DNA of 64,000 nt. Source: Mosigvirus mar005p1. Position numbers and translations under genes: made by a program. Positions 1 to 9,124 of the stretch are shown here, in pieces (position 1 is the stretch's first letter; the number at the start of each line of letters is the position of its first letter). The stretch lies in sequence record OZ035759.1; one strand, 5' to 3'. The notes below the pieces were generated by a model. It was not told the DNA's origin. It ran no database searches and worked only from the letters and a program-made list of their open reading frames with translations.

Positions 1-91
1 ACCTGAAGAAGAAAAGAAAGCTAAAGCTTCGGAAGACGACGCTGATGAAGGCGATGACGACGAAGACGAAGATGATGAGGACGATGAATAA
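1..91 (+). CDS. 67: prohead core protein gp67, C-terminal fragment (5' end outside window)
   Basis: Frame open to left edge; ends TAA 89-91 overlapping ATG of next gene (TAATG); very acidic tail ...[10 protein letters not shown]; position upstream of gene 68. Confidence 0.55.
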   Translation, partial: PEEEKKAKASEDDADEGDDDEDEDDEDDE

Positions 92-516
92 TGTATCTTA
101 TCCCTGAATCTTATGAATTGGTACTCGAAAATGTCGAAGCACTTATTCCTGAAGCACAGGGCCGAATCGATGCATTGTCTTCTGCTCTCGATATTGACGA
201 TATAAATACTATTATCGAGAACATGCTTGAAACTGAAACGGATTTAGCTGTTGCAATGGCTTCCATTATTAATGAAGAACAGTTAAATGAGTTTATCGTT
301 AAACATGTTTCTTCTCGTGGTGAAGTCACCCGCACTAAAGACCGTAAAACTCGTGAACGTAACGCGTTCCAAACAACTGGTCTTTCTAAAGCAAAACGTA
401 GACAAATCGCTCGTAAGGTCGTTAAAGCTAAAAAAGCTAACCCTTCAGGCCAAGTTAAAGGCTTGCGTAAGCGTAAAAAGGCTCTTAAACGTCGTAAAGC
501 ATTAGGATTAAGCTAA
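91..516 (+). CDS. 68: prohead core protein gp68
   Basis: 141 aa ORF, same length and position as T4 gp68; basic Lys/Arg-rich C-terminus; start overlaps stop of gene 67. Confidence 0.75.
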   Translation: MYLIPESYELVLENVEALIPEAQGRIDALSSALDIDDINTIIENMLETETDLAVAMASIINEEQLNEFIVKHVSSRGEVTRTKDRKTRERNAFQTTGLSKAKRRQIARKVVKAKKANPSGQVKGLRKRKKALKRRKALGLS

Positions 517-1157
517 TGAATAAACCCGAGTTACTTATTGAAACTTGGGGTCAACCCGGTGAGATTATTGATGGCGTTCCAATGTTGGAATCTCATGATG
601 GAAAAGATTCTGGCTTAAAACCAGGGCTTTATATAGAAGGTATTTTTCTTCAGGCAGAGGTTGTTAACCGAAATAAACGTTTATATCCTAAACGCGTTTT
701 GGAAAAAGCAGTAAGTGACTATATTAAAGAACAGGTCGCAACCAAACAAGCCCTTGGAGAATTAAACCATCCACCTCGCGCAAATGTTGACCCTATGCAA
801 GCCGCTATCATTATTGAAGATATGTGGTGGAAAGGAAACGATGTATATGGACGCGCTAGAATTATTGAAGGCGACCATGGTCCCGGTGATAAATTAGCTG
901 CTAATATACGAGCTGGTTGGATTCCAGGTGTTTCCTCTCGTGGTCTTGGTTCTTTAACCGACACCAATAAAGGGTACCGTATCGTGAACGAAGGATTTAA
1001 ATTAACCGTCGGCGTAGATGCCGTATGGGGACCTTCTGCTCCAGATGCTTGGGTTACTCCTAAACAAATATCAGAATCAGAAAATTCGGTGGAAATCACC
1101 AAAAACAGTGCTGACGAAGCATTTAAAGCTCTCGCAGAGAGTTTAAAAGCATTATAA
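516..1157 (+). CDS. 21: prohead core scaffold protein and protease gp21
   Basis: 213 aa (T4 gp21 212 aa); T4 order 68-21-22; start overlaps stop of 68. Confidence 0.85.
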   Translation: MNKPELLIETWGQPGEIIDGVPMLESHDGKDSGLKPGLYIEGIFLQAEVVNRNKRLYPKRVLEKAVSDYIKEQVATKQALGELNHPPRANVDPMQAAIIIEDMWWKGNDVYGRARIIEGDHGPGDKLAANIRAGWIPGVSSRGLGSLTDTNKGYRIVNEGFKLTVGVDAVWGPSAPDAWVTPKQISESENSVEITKNSADEAFKALAESLKAL

Positions 1158-1160
1158 ATA
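1153..1160 (+). promoter_or_regulatory. T4-type late promoter (TATAAATA) upstream of gene 22
   Basis: Exact TATAAATA 31 bp upstream of ATG 1191. Confidence 0.55.
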
Positions 1161-1190
1161 ATAATGTAATCTAAACCACAGGACACTAAA

Positions 1191-2003
1191 ATGATCAAAG
1201 AACAACTTTTGAAAGAAGCTCAGAACATCGAGACTTCAGTTGCTCTTAATAGTGTTTTCGAATCAGTAGAACTGTCTCCGGACGTTAAAGCTAATTTCAG
1301 CACTGTATTCGAAGCCACCGTTAAGCAGGAAGCAGTCAAACTGGCTGAATCTCATATCAAAGCTATCGCCGAAAAAGCCGAAGAAGAAGTTGAAAAGGCT
1401 AAAGAAGATGCTGAAGAGAAAGCTGATAAAAAATTGGCTGAACAAGCTTCTAAATTCCTAGACCATCTTGCAAAAGAATGGCTCGCAGAAAACCAAATCG
1501 CAGTTGATAAAGGCATTAAAGCTGATTTGTTCGAATCCATGCTTGGTGGTCTGAAAGAACTGTTTGTTGAACATAACGTTGTTGTTCCAGAAGAATCTGT
1601 AGATGTTGTAGCAGAAATGGAAGAAGAGCTGGCCGAACATAAAGAAGAAACCGCTCGTTTGTTCGAAGAAGTTACCAAACGTGATGCATATATCAATTAC
1701 GTTCAGCGTGAAACCGCTATTAATGAAAGCGTAAAAGACCTGACTGAATCTCAGAAAGAAAAAGTTATTGGCCTGGTTGAAGGTATGGATTATTCTGACG
1801 CATTTGGTACTAAGTTAACTGCTATTGTAGAAATGGTTAAAGGTTCTACTAAAGAAGAAGCCGCTATTACCGAAAGTATAAATACAGTTGACAATGACGC
1901 TGCCGGTCTTAATTTTGTTGCCGAAGCAGTTGACACTACCACAACTCAGGTAGAACAGAATTCTAATGTAAGTTTATATGCGAAAGTCGCATCTCGTTTC
2001 TAA
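1191..2003 (+). CDS. 22: prohead core scaffold protein gp22
   Basis: 270 aa (T4 gp22 269 aa); acidic Glu/Lys-rich coiled-coil-like sequence; position before gene 23. Confidence 0.85.
   Translation: MIKEQLLKEAQNIETSVALNSVFESVELSPDVKANFSTVFEATVKQEAVKLAESHIKAIAEKAEEEVEKAKEDAEEKADKKLAEQASKFLDHLAKEWLAENQIAVDKGIKADLFESMLGGLKELFVEHNVVVPEESVDVVAEMEEELAEHKEETARLFEEVTKRDAYINYVQRETAINESVKDLTESQKEKVIGLVEGMDYSDAFGTKLTAIVEMVKGSTKEEAAITESINTVDNDAAGLNFVAEAVDTTTTQVEQNSNVSLYAKVASRF
1877..1884 (+). promoter_or_regulatory. T4-type late promoter inside gene 22 (candidate P23)
   Basis: Exact TATAAATA within the 3' part of gene 22, upstream of gene 23. Confidence 0.45.
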
Positions 2004-2020
2004 TTTAAAGGTTAACACAA

Positions 2021-3589
2021 ATGACTACTATCAAAACTAAAGCTCAGCTCGTAGACAAATGGAAAGAACTGCTGGAAGGTGAAGGCCTGCCGGAAATCGC
2101 TAATAGCAAGCAGGCTATTATCGCTAAAATCTTCGAAAACCAGGAAAAAGATTTCGAAGTATCCCCTGAATATAAAGACGAGAAAATCGCTCAGGCATTT
2201 GGTTCTTTCTTGACCGAAGCTGAAATTGGTGGTGACCATGGTTATAATGCTCAGAACATCGCAGCAGGTCAAACCTCTGGTGCAGTAACCCAAATTGGGC
2301 CGGCAGTGATGGGTATGGTTCGTCGTGCTATTCCTAATCTGATCGCTTTTGATATTTGTGGTGTTCAGCCTATGAACAGCCCGACCGGTCAGGTATTTGC
2401 TCTCCGTGCAGTATATGGTAAAGACCCTATCGCTGCTGACGCTAAAGAAGCTTTCCATCCGATGTATGCTCCAGATGCGATGTTCTCTGGTCAGGGTGCT
2501 GCTAAGAAATTCCCAGCTCTGGCTGCTAGCACACAAACCGTTGTAGGTGATATCTATACTCACTTCTTCCAGGAAACTGGTACTGTGTATCTGCAAGCTT
2601 CCGCTGTAGTAACAATCGATGCCGGTGCTACTGATGCTGATAAATTAGATGCCAAAGTTAAGAAACAAATGGAAGCTGGTGCACTGGTAGAAATCGCTGA
2701 AGGTATGGCTACTTCTATCGCTGAACTCCAGGAAGGTTTCAACGGTTCTACCGATAACCCATGGAATGAAATGGGCTTCCGTATCGATAAACAAGTTATC
2801 GAAGCTAAATCTCGCCAGCTGAAAGCTGCTTACTCTATCGAATTAGCACAAGACCTCCGTGCAGTACACGGTATGGATGCTGATGCTGAACTGAGCGGTA
2901 TTCTGGCTACAGAAATTATGCTAGAAATCAACCGTGAAGTTGTTGATTGGATTAACTACTCAGCACAGGTTGGTAAATCTGGTATGACCCTGACTCCTGG
3001 TTCTAAAGCTGGTGTATTTGACTTCCAGGACCCGATTGATATCCGTGGTGCTCGTTGGGCCGGTGAAAGCTTTAAATCTCTGTTGTTCCAGATTGATAAA
3101 GAAGCAGTTGAAATTGCTCGTCAAACCGGTCGTGGTGAAGGTAACTTCATTATCGCTTCCCGTAACGTAGTTAACGTACTGGCTTCAGTTGATACTGGTA
3201 TTTCTTACGCTGCACAGGGTCTGGCTTCTGGTTTTAATACCGACACTACTAAATCTGTATTTGCCGGTGTACTTGGTGGTAAATACCGCGTATACATCGA
3301 CCAGTATGCTAAACAGGATTACTTCACCGTTGGTTACAAAGGCGCTAACGAAATGGATGCAGGTATTTACTATGCTCCTTACGTTGCACTTACCCCACTG
3401 CGTGGTTCCGATCCTAAGAACTTCCAGCCGGTAATGGGCTTTAAAACTCGTTACGGTATCGGTGTTAACCCGTTTGCTGAAAGTTCCCTGCAGGCTCCAG
3501 GTGCTCGCATCCAGTCCGGTATGCCGTCTATCCTGAACAGCCTTGGTAAGAACGCTTACTTTAGACGTGTATATGTAAAAGGCATCTAA
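2021..3589 (+). CDS. 23: major capsid protein gp23
   Basis: 522 aa (T4 gp23 521 aa); sequence recognisable as T4 gp23; between 22 and 24. Confidence 0.95.
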   Translation: MTTIKTKAQLVDKWKELLEGEGLPEIANSKQAIIAKIFENQEKDFEVSPEYKDEKIAQAFGSFLTEAEIGGDHGYNAQNIAAGQTSGAVTQIGPAVMGMVRRAIPNLIAFDICGVQPMNSPTGQVFALRAVYGKDPIAADAKEAFHPMYAPDAMFSGQGAAKKFPALAASTQTVVGDIYTHFFQETGTVYLQASAVVTIDAGATDADKLDAKVKKQMEAGALVEIAEGMATSIAELQEGFNGSTDNPWNEMGFRIDKQVIEAKSRQLKAAYSIELAQDLRAVHGMDADAELSGILATEIMLEINREVVDWINYSAQVGKSGMTLTPGSKAGVFDFQDPIDIRGARWAGESFKSLLFQIDKEAVEIARQTGRGEGNFIIASRNVVNVLASVDTGISYAAQGLASGFNTDTTKSVFAGVLGGKYRVYIDQYAKQDYFTVGYKGANEMDAGIYYAPYVALTPLRGSDPKNFQPVMGFKTRYGIGVNPFAESSLQAPGARIQSGMPSILNSLGKNAYFRRVYVKGI

Positions 3590-3613
3590 TCTTAATTGAT
3601 TAAATCTTATTTT

Positions 3614-3638
3614 GGGAGACTTCGGTCTCCCATTTTTG
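3614..3638 (+). terminator. intrinsic terminator after gene 23
   Basis: Hairpin GGGAGAC-TTCG-GTCTCCC followed by a T-run (cattttt). Confidence 0.7.
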
Positions 3639-3641
3639 GTT

Positions 3642-3911
3642 TTATTTCTGTGCAATTTCGATGTAAGTTTTCAAAATATTTTGCCAATTAGGCATACCTT
3701 CTTGGACATATGCTGGAGAACCGTCTTTGTTTTTGAATGATGCAAGTTTATCAGTGGCCCAATAACCTTTAGCTCGAGCTTCAGAATCAACTTTCATCCA
3801 TACTTTGTTGAAGGCATTACCATTAACTTTTGCACCGTATTTTTCTACTAACTTAACTGCTTCAGCTTCCAGAACTTTTAAAGTATCTCGTAAGAAACGT
3901 GCTTTAGTCAT
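3642..3911 (-). CDS. hypothetical early protein, antisense to the capsid gene block
   Basis: 89 aa ORF with GGAG SD and its own early-type promoter; occupies the 23-24 intergenic slot (segD position in T4). Confidence 0.5.
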   Translation of the reverse strand: MTKARFLRDTLKVLEAEAVKLVEKYGAKVNGNAFNKVWMKVDSEARAKGYWATDKLASFKNKDGSPAYVQEGMPNWQNILKTYIEIAQK

Positions 3912-3941
3912 TTTGTTTACTCCTCTGTAGTTGATAAGTCT

Positions 3942-3971
3942 ATAGTATCACATACCAAATACGTTGTAAAC
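3942..3971 (-). promoter_or_regulatory. T4 early-type promoter (GTTTAC -35, TGnTACTAT extended -10)
   Basis: Minus-sense GTTTAC at 3971-3966, 18 bp spacer, TACTAT at 3947-3942. Confidence 0.45.
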
Positions 3972-3977
3972 AATCTT

Positions 3978-3985
3978 TATAAATA
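3978..3985 (+). promoter_or_regulatory. T4-type late promoter upstream of gene 24
   Basis: Exact TATAAATA 28 bp upstream of ATG 4013. Confidence 0.55.
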
Positions 3986-4012
3986 ATCTATATCACATAA
4001 GGAAAAAATGCA

Positions 4013-5296
4013 ATGAGTAAAATCCAAAAATTATTGCGTGAATCTACAACGTCTACTAGCAACTCAATTGGTCGCCCAAATCTCGTTGCTTTGACTCGCG
4101 CTACGACTAAATTAATATATTCTGACATTGTAGCAACACAAAGAACTAATCAACCTGTTGCTGCTTTTTATGGTATCAAATATCTTAACCCAGATAACGA
4201 ATTCACATTTAAAACTGGTGCTACTTATGCTGGCGAAGCTGGATATGTAGACCGAGAAAAAATTACTGAGCTCACAGAAGAATCAAAAGTCACACTAAAT
4301 AAAGGTGATTTTTTCAAATATAATAATATCGTCTATAAAGTGTTAGAAGATACACCATTTGCAGATATTCAAGAAAGTGATCTAGAATTAGCTCTTCAGA
4401 TTGCAGTCGTTCATTTAAAGGTACGGTTATTTTCAGATGCAGCGGTAACAAGCAAATTTGAAAGCTCTGGTAGCGAAATTTCTGATGCAAGATTCCAGAT
4501 TAATAAATGGCAAACTTCAGTCAAATCTCGTAAACTTAAAACTGGCCTCACAGTTGAATTAGCGCAAGATTTGGAAGCGAATGGATTTGATGCCCCTAAC
4601 TTCTTAGAAGATTTGCTTGCTACTGAAATGGCTGATGAAATTAATAAAGATATTCTTCAGTCTTTAATTACTGTATCTAAACGTTATAAAGTTACTGGAA
4701 TTACTGACACCGGATTTATTGACTTGAGCTATGCATCCGCTCCAGAAGCAGGTCGTTCATTATATCGAATGGTGTGTGAAATGGTATCACACATTCAAAA
4801 AGAGACAACTTATACTGCAACGTTTTGTGTAGCCTCGGCTCGTGCAGCTGCTATTCTTGCTGCTTCCGGTTGGTTAAAACATAAGCCAGAAGATGACAAG
4901 TATCTTTCACAAAATGCTTATGGATTCTTGGCAAATGGATTACCTCTTTACTGCGATACCAACAGCCCATTAGATTATGTTATTGTGGGTGTTGTAGAAA
5001 ATCTCGGCGAAAAAGAAATTGTAGGGTCCATCTTTTATGCTCCATACACTGAAGGAGTAGATTTAGATGACCCGGAACATGTTGGTGCTTTTAAAGTTGT
5101 AGTTGATCCAGAAAGCTTGCAACCGTCTATTGGATTATTGGTTAGATATGCTTTATCGGCAAATCCTTACACAGTAGCAAAAGATGAAAAAGAAGCGAGA
5201 ATAATTGATGGCGGGGACATGGATAAAATGGCAGGACGTTCAGACTTGTCTGTTTTACTCGGTGTTAAATTGCCTAAAATTATTATAGATGAATAA
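4013..5296 (+). CDS. 24: capsid vertex protein gp24
   Basis: 427 aa (T4 gp24 427 aa); gp23-paralogue-like; position after 23. Confidence 0.9.
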   Translation: MSKIQKLLRESTTSTSNSIGRPNLVALTRATTKLIYSDIVATQRTNQPVAAFYGIKYLNPDNEFTFKTGATYAGEAGYVDREKITELTEESKVTLNKGDFFKYNNIVYKVLEDTPFADIQESDLELALQIAVVHLKVRLFSDAAVTSKFESSGSEISDARFQINKWQTSVKSRKLKTGLTVELAQDLEANGFDAPNFLEDLLATEMADEINKDILQSLITVSKRYKVTGITDTGFIDLSYASAPEAGRSLYRMVCEMVSHIQKETTYTATFCVASARAAAILAASGWLKHKPEDDKYLSQNAYGFLANGLPLYCDTNSPLDYVIVGVVENLGEKEIVGSIFYAPYTEGVDLDDPEHVGAFKVVVDPESLQPSIGLLVRYALSANPYTVAKDEKEARIIDGGDMDKMAGRSDLSVLLGVKLPKIIIDE

Positions 5297-5300
5297 ACTA

Positions 5301-5326
5301 AAAAGGGACCTTACGGTCCCTTTTTT
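5301..5326. terminator. bidirectional terminator between convergent genes 24 and rnlB
   Basis: AAAA-GGGACC-TTAC-GGTCCC-TTTTTT: hairpin flanked by A-run and T-run. Confidence 0.7.
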
Positions 5327-5328
5327 CG

Positions 5329-6327
5329 TTATGATACTAATTCAATCCATGCAGGACGCAGAACATCTTGCACCATTCGGACTAATTCTTTCTTAACAAG
5401 ATTCGGATTATCAGATGATGTTAATACAATACCTTCACGAGAAGTTTCTTCCAGAATATCTTGAACAGTCAATCCCATCACTTTGCCAAAATCTTTTGGC
5501 GTTACAGTCCCAATCTTAGAAATCACATTATTAACACGATTTAATGTAACATAACAAGCTAGAACATCAAGCAAGTTTTTGTCAATTTCGGTTAATGGAA
5601 CCTGAGTTTTAATAGGCTTATCAGACTTTTTCTTTTCACTGAATTTAGAGTTCTTGCACTTAATAGCTACACGAGTACCGTTTGGCAGCCATTTAGGGAA
5701 ACAAGGCTTCAGAACATAACCTTCTGCCGTATTATCGCCAATAACATTAGCGTCAAATACACAATTATTTGCTTCTACAAGGTCTTCTGACGCAGTAGCA
5801 TTATAAGCGGCTAAGACAGAATCAAGGTCATTTGGAATCATGATAAGAGCATCAAATGTGCCACGTCCAAGCATTGGTGCCATTTTAAAACCGAATTCAT
5901 TACAGAAATCTTGCATTTCGTAATCGGTCAAATACGTATTATCACCACTTTCTGTATTGATAAGGATATCGAACACATAAAAATCTTTTTCACCGTAGTC
6001 AACACCTTTCTGGATTCCACCACCAGCGAATTCACCGAATACTTGATATGATACGGCTCGAGCTGTGTACATGAATTCCTGAACGGCTTTAATAGCTTTA
6101 TCATACTTCTTGAGTACGATTTCATAACCATAAAAATCTTCTGCTGGAAGAATAGGGCCTGTGCGCTTGGCGCATGTGACGTTGTCACGTTCAATTATTA
6201 ACGAGAAGTTAGTCCCATGGATTTTCTCACGTGCTACCCAAACACCAGTAGTCAAACCATTAGTGTAGAGTTTTTCAATAAACTTAGAGTTGTAGTGGTT
6301 TTCAAGACTGCTGTATTTCTTAAACAT
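5329..6327 (-). CDS. rnlB: RNA ligase 2
   Basis: 332 aa (T4 Rnl2 334 aa); N-terminal nucleotidyltransferase lysine motif (EKIHGTNF); position after gene 24. Confidence 0.85.
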   Translation of the reverse strand: MFKKYSSLENHYNSKFIEKLYTNGLTTGVWVAREKIHGTNFSLIIERDNVTCAKRTGPILPAEDFYGYEIVLKKYDKAIKAVQEFMYTARAVSYQVFGEFAGGGIQKGVDYGEKDFYVFDILINTESGDNTYLTDYEMQDFCNEFGFKMAPMLGRGTFDALIMIPNDLDSVLAAYNATASEDLVEANNCVFDANVIGDNTAEGYVLKPCFPKWLPNGTRVAIKCKNSKFSEKKKSDKPIKTQVPLTEIDKNLLDVLACYVTLNRVNNVISKIGTVTPKDFGKVMGLTVQDILEETSREGIVLTSSDNPNLVKKELVRMVQDVLRPAWIELVS

Positions 6328-6446
6328 AAATCACCATTATAAATAATAATATCAAAATAATTAGCAGAGACTCTATCTCCGACCCGATGTTTAATTTGAA
6401 TGGATAGAACCTAGATTCATTATACCATCAAAAAATGTAAAGCATA

Positions 6447-6698
6447 TTAGAACTTGATTTCTATCCAGTGCCCATCACGCTGGTCGTGATTAATTTTATA
6501 CTGAAAGCCATTATCACGAAGCCATTGACCGACTTGTTCAGTTATAGTTAAATCGTTCTTTGACGGGTAGTACGTGAATTGTGTCTGGCCTTTATCAGCG
6601 GCTTTCTCTGCCATCACAGAGAAGTTAGTAATAAAATCACTCAACAAATTAGCTTTAGTGACCAGAGCCCTTTCTCTTAATTCCTGTGCAAAACTCAT
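6447..6698 (-). CDS. hypothetical protein (T4 24.x position)
   Basis: 83 aa ORF; start overlaps stop of upstream ORF. Confidence 0.45.
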   Translation of the reverse strand: MSFAQELRERALVTKANLLSDFITNFSVMAEKAADKGQTQFTYYPSKNDLTITEQVGQWLRDNGFQYKINHDQRDGHWIEIKF

Positions 6699-6901
6699 TT
6701 CTTCACCTTTTTGTTAATCAAACGTTTACGGTATACAACTTTTTCTTTTGCTTTAAACTTCGACCGAGCTGTCTCGGCTTTAGTCCATAGTAATCCAACT
6801 TCTTTAGGTTGTAAACCAATTTTTTGAGCAATTTCTACGAATGAAAATCCCGCCTCATGTAATGTATAAACTTCAACTTCAGCTCTCATAATCAATCCCA
6901 T
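6695..6901 (-). CDS. hypothetical small protein, possible helix-turn-helix
   Basis: 68 aa; segment AGFSFVEIAQKIGLQPKEVGLLW resembles an HTH; basic C-terminus. Confidence 0.4.
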   Translation of the reverse strand: MGLIMRAEVEVYTLHEAGFSFVEIAQKIGLQPKEVGLLWTKAETARSKFKAKEKVVYRKRLINKKVKK

Positions 6902-6970
6902 ATTATTTGGTTTGTGCCATTATATACATCAATCTCAAGTTGTGTTTTGTATGCTTTAAAAACGAAGAAA

Positions 6971-6984
6971 GGGGCCGAAGCCCC
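6971..6984 (-). terminator. terminator hairpin downstream of hoc
   Basis: GGGGC-TTCG-GCCCC on the minus strand followed by T-rich tract, directly after hoc stop. Confidence 0.5.
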
Positions 6985-6990
6985 TTACGA

Positions 6991-8409
6991 TTATGGATAT
7001 GTATAGATGATACCAGTTTCCAAAGCAGTTTTATGGATGATGTATCCATTACGTGATTCTTGAACATCAACTTCTGGATAGTCTTTCATCATCTTCTGAA
7101 GAGTGTAACGATGCAGGTAGTATTTACTATCTGGATCGTCAATTTTCCAATCTTTACCTTCTTCAGTCATTTTTTGGATTTCATCCATAACCCACCAACC
7201 GCACCAGATGTAAGCTGAAGTACGATGTGGAAGAGGATGAACATAAGGTAATTCACCTTCTGGTTCCGGAGCAACTTTATCAGTTACCTGAACTTGACCT
7301 TCTGCTGTGATAGTTTTGCTATCATAATCAGTAGCAGTAACGACGGCAGTCACTTCAATAGTTTGACTTCCAATAGATGAGGTATCAACGGTATATACAT
7401 TAGTTGACCCTTCTACAGGAGAAGAATCTTTCTTCCATGAATACGCAATTTGCGCTTCTTCTGGTGCATCAGTGACATTAGCGGTAAATGTGGCCGAAGC
7501 ATCTTGTTGAACATTAATAGAAGGAGGAGTCAATGTAACCTGTGGATTCATTGTCTTCTTATTAACCGTTAATGATACTTCATTCGAAGTAACTTCCTTT
7601 GCATCATAATCTGACGCGGTTACTTGGGCTACACATTTAATTCTTTTTACTCCACTTGTAGTTGGAGTATAGCTAAATGTAGAGTTAGTTTCTCCACCAA
7701 CCTGTGAATCATCTACATACCACTGATACGTAGCAGACGCTCCAACCGGTTGAGAAGCTAAGGCAGCAGTAAATTGAACTGGGGTTCCAATTACTCCAGC
7801 TGAAGGACTATTGGGAGTTACTGCCAACGTAGTTGTCTGCGTCTTTTTATTAACAGTCAGTGACACTTCATTAGAAGTAACGCTTAGTGCGTCATAATCT
7901 GCTGCGGTTACTTGAGCCACACACTTAATTCTTTTTACCCCGCTTTCGGCAGGAGTGTAATTGAATGTAGCGTTAGTTGCTTCGCCAACAGGAGAACCGT
8001 CAACGTACCATTGATAAGTAGCGTTTGCGCCTGATGGCTGCGAAGCTAAAGCGGCAGTAAATTCAATAGCTGTTCCGATTACTCCAACGCCAGGGCTATT
8101 AGGAGTTACAGCTAAGGTAGTCGTTTGTGTCTTGTTTTGAACTGTGATAGTTGTAGAAGCTTCTGCTGTTTCAGCTTCAGCTTCTGGAACTGTATTTGTT
8201 GCAACTACTTTAATAGTCTTTTGACCTGCAGGTCCTTTTAGTACATAACTAAAAGTTGCTTCAGCTCCATCTTGCGGAACATCATCTACAGTCCAAGCAT
8301 ATGTAATAGTTCCACCTCCAGTTTCACCACTGGGAGTAGCAGTAAACTGCTTAGTCTCATCTATAACTCCAGTAGGGGTTTTAGGAGTTATATCAACTGT
8401 AAAAGCCAT
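6991..8409 (-). CDS. hoc: highly immunogenic outer capsid protein Hoc, with an extra Ig-like domain
   Basis: 472 aa vs 376 aa in T4; N- and C-terminal sequence recognisable as T4 Hoc; contains a tandem internal ~96 aa repeat. Confidence 0.85.
   Translation of the reverse strand: MAFTVDITPKTPTGVIDETKQFTATPSGETGGGTITYAWTVDDVPQDGAEATFSYVLKGPAGQKTIKVVATNTVPEAEAETAEASTTITVQNKTQTTTLAVTPNSPGVGVIGTAIEFTAALASQPSGANATYQWYVDGSPVGEATNATFNYTPAESGVKRIKCVAQVTAADYDALSVTSNEVSLTVNKKTQTTTLAVTPNSPSAGVIGTPVQFTAALASQPVGASATYQWYVDDSQVGGETNSTFSYTPTTSGVKRIKCVAQVTASDYDAKEVTSNEVSLTVNKKTMNPQVTLTPPSINVQQDASATFTANVTDAPEEAQIAYSWKKDSSPVEGSTNVYTVDTSSIGSQTIEVTAVVTATDYDSKTITAEGQVQVTDKVAPEPEGELPYVHPLPHRTSAYIWCGWWVMDEIQKMTEEGKDWKIDDPDSKYYLHRYTLQKMMKDYPEVDVQESRNGYIIHKTALETGIIYTYP
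7558..8133 (-). repeat. tandem duplication of an Ig-like domain inside hoc (two ~288 bp copies)
   Basis: Protein residues 93-188 and 189-284 are near-identical (KTQTTTLAVTPNSP...RIKCVAQVTA.DYDA..VTSNEVSLTVNK); DNA copies diverged. Confidence 0.8.
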
Positions 8410-8418
8410 AAGTTATCC

Positions 8419-9087
8419 TTATTTTAATGTTACGAAAGAAGAATTACGAGTTTCACGAATTAGAACTGATCCATCGCGATTAATATAATAAATTAAGCTA
8501 AATAATGTTTGGTGAGCAGAAGCATGCACAAAACTGGTTGGGCGAGATTTCCAATCTGGAGTTTCGGCTATCCATTGATAAATCCACCAAGGAACAGTAA
8601 CATATCCCGGGCCTTTGCCTAATTTAATGAGTGTAGGACTAAAATTTTCAGGCAGAACAAATTTTACTTCTTTATTTACCTCTGACTCAGGCTCTTTTTC
8701 AGATTCAACAACCTGAGTAATTGCTTCTTCGAATTTATCATGGTCGAATTCTTTTTCTTGTTCGACAACTTCTAATACTTCAACTTGTTCTGTTGGAGAA
8801 TCAAACAACAGAATAGCTTCTTCTTTAACTTCTTCGTTGGTGAAATTAACACCGTCCACATCATCTGCGGCAGTAATTAAATCGGTGATAGATAATCCAT
8901 CAGTTTCAGGTAATGGTTCATCAGCCAGTGCGTTAAGAGCTTCTTCGATATCAATAACAATATTATCGAATGATTTTGTTTTCTTAACACTAATGCCAAA
9001 TTGTTCCGCATATTCAAACAGTTTAGCTTTGGCTTCCTTTTTATCAGAAAGAGCACGTAACTCTTCAATATAGTCTTTATCGATCAT
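8419..9087 (-). CDS. inh: inhibitor of prohead protease (Inh-like)
   Basis: 222 aa acidic protein (T4 Inh 226 aa) in the conserved slot after hoc; assignment by position and composition. Confidence 0.6.
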   Translation of the reverse strand: MIDKDYIEELRALSDKKEAKAKLFEYAEQFGISVKKTKSFDNIVIDIEEALNALADEPLPETDGLSITDLITAADDVDGVNFTNEEVKEEAILLFDSPTEQVEVLEVVEQEKEFDHDKFEEAITQVVESEKEPESEVNKEVKFVLPENFSPTLIKLGKGPGYVTVPWWIYQWIAETPDWKSRPTSFVHASAHQTLFSLIYYINRDGSVLIRETRNSSFVTLK

Positions 9088-9100
9088 GATATTTCCTCAT

Positions 9101-9108
9101 TATAAATA
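9101..9108 (+). promoter_or_regulatory. T4-type late promoter upstream of the seg-like gene and uvsW
   Basis: Exact TATAAATA 17 bp upstream of ATG 9125. Confidence 0.5.
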
Positions 9109-9124
9109 TAACTATATTTATTAC

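Noticed and set aside
9086-9124. 5' extension of the seg-like ORF (track start 9086)
   Set aside because: Would contain the late promoter TATAAATA (9101-9108); the GIY-YIG domain begins right after the ATG at 9125/9137.
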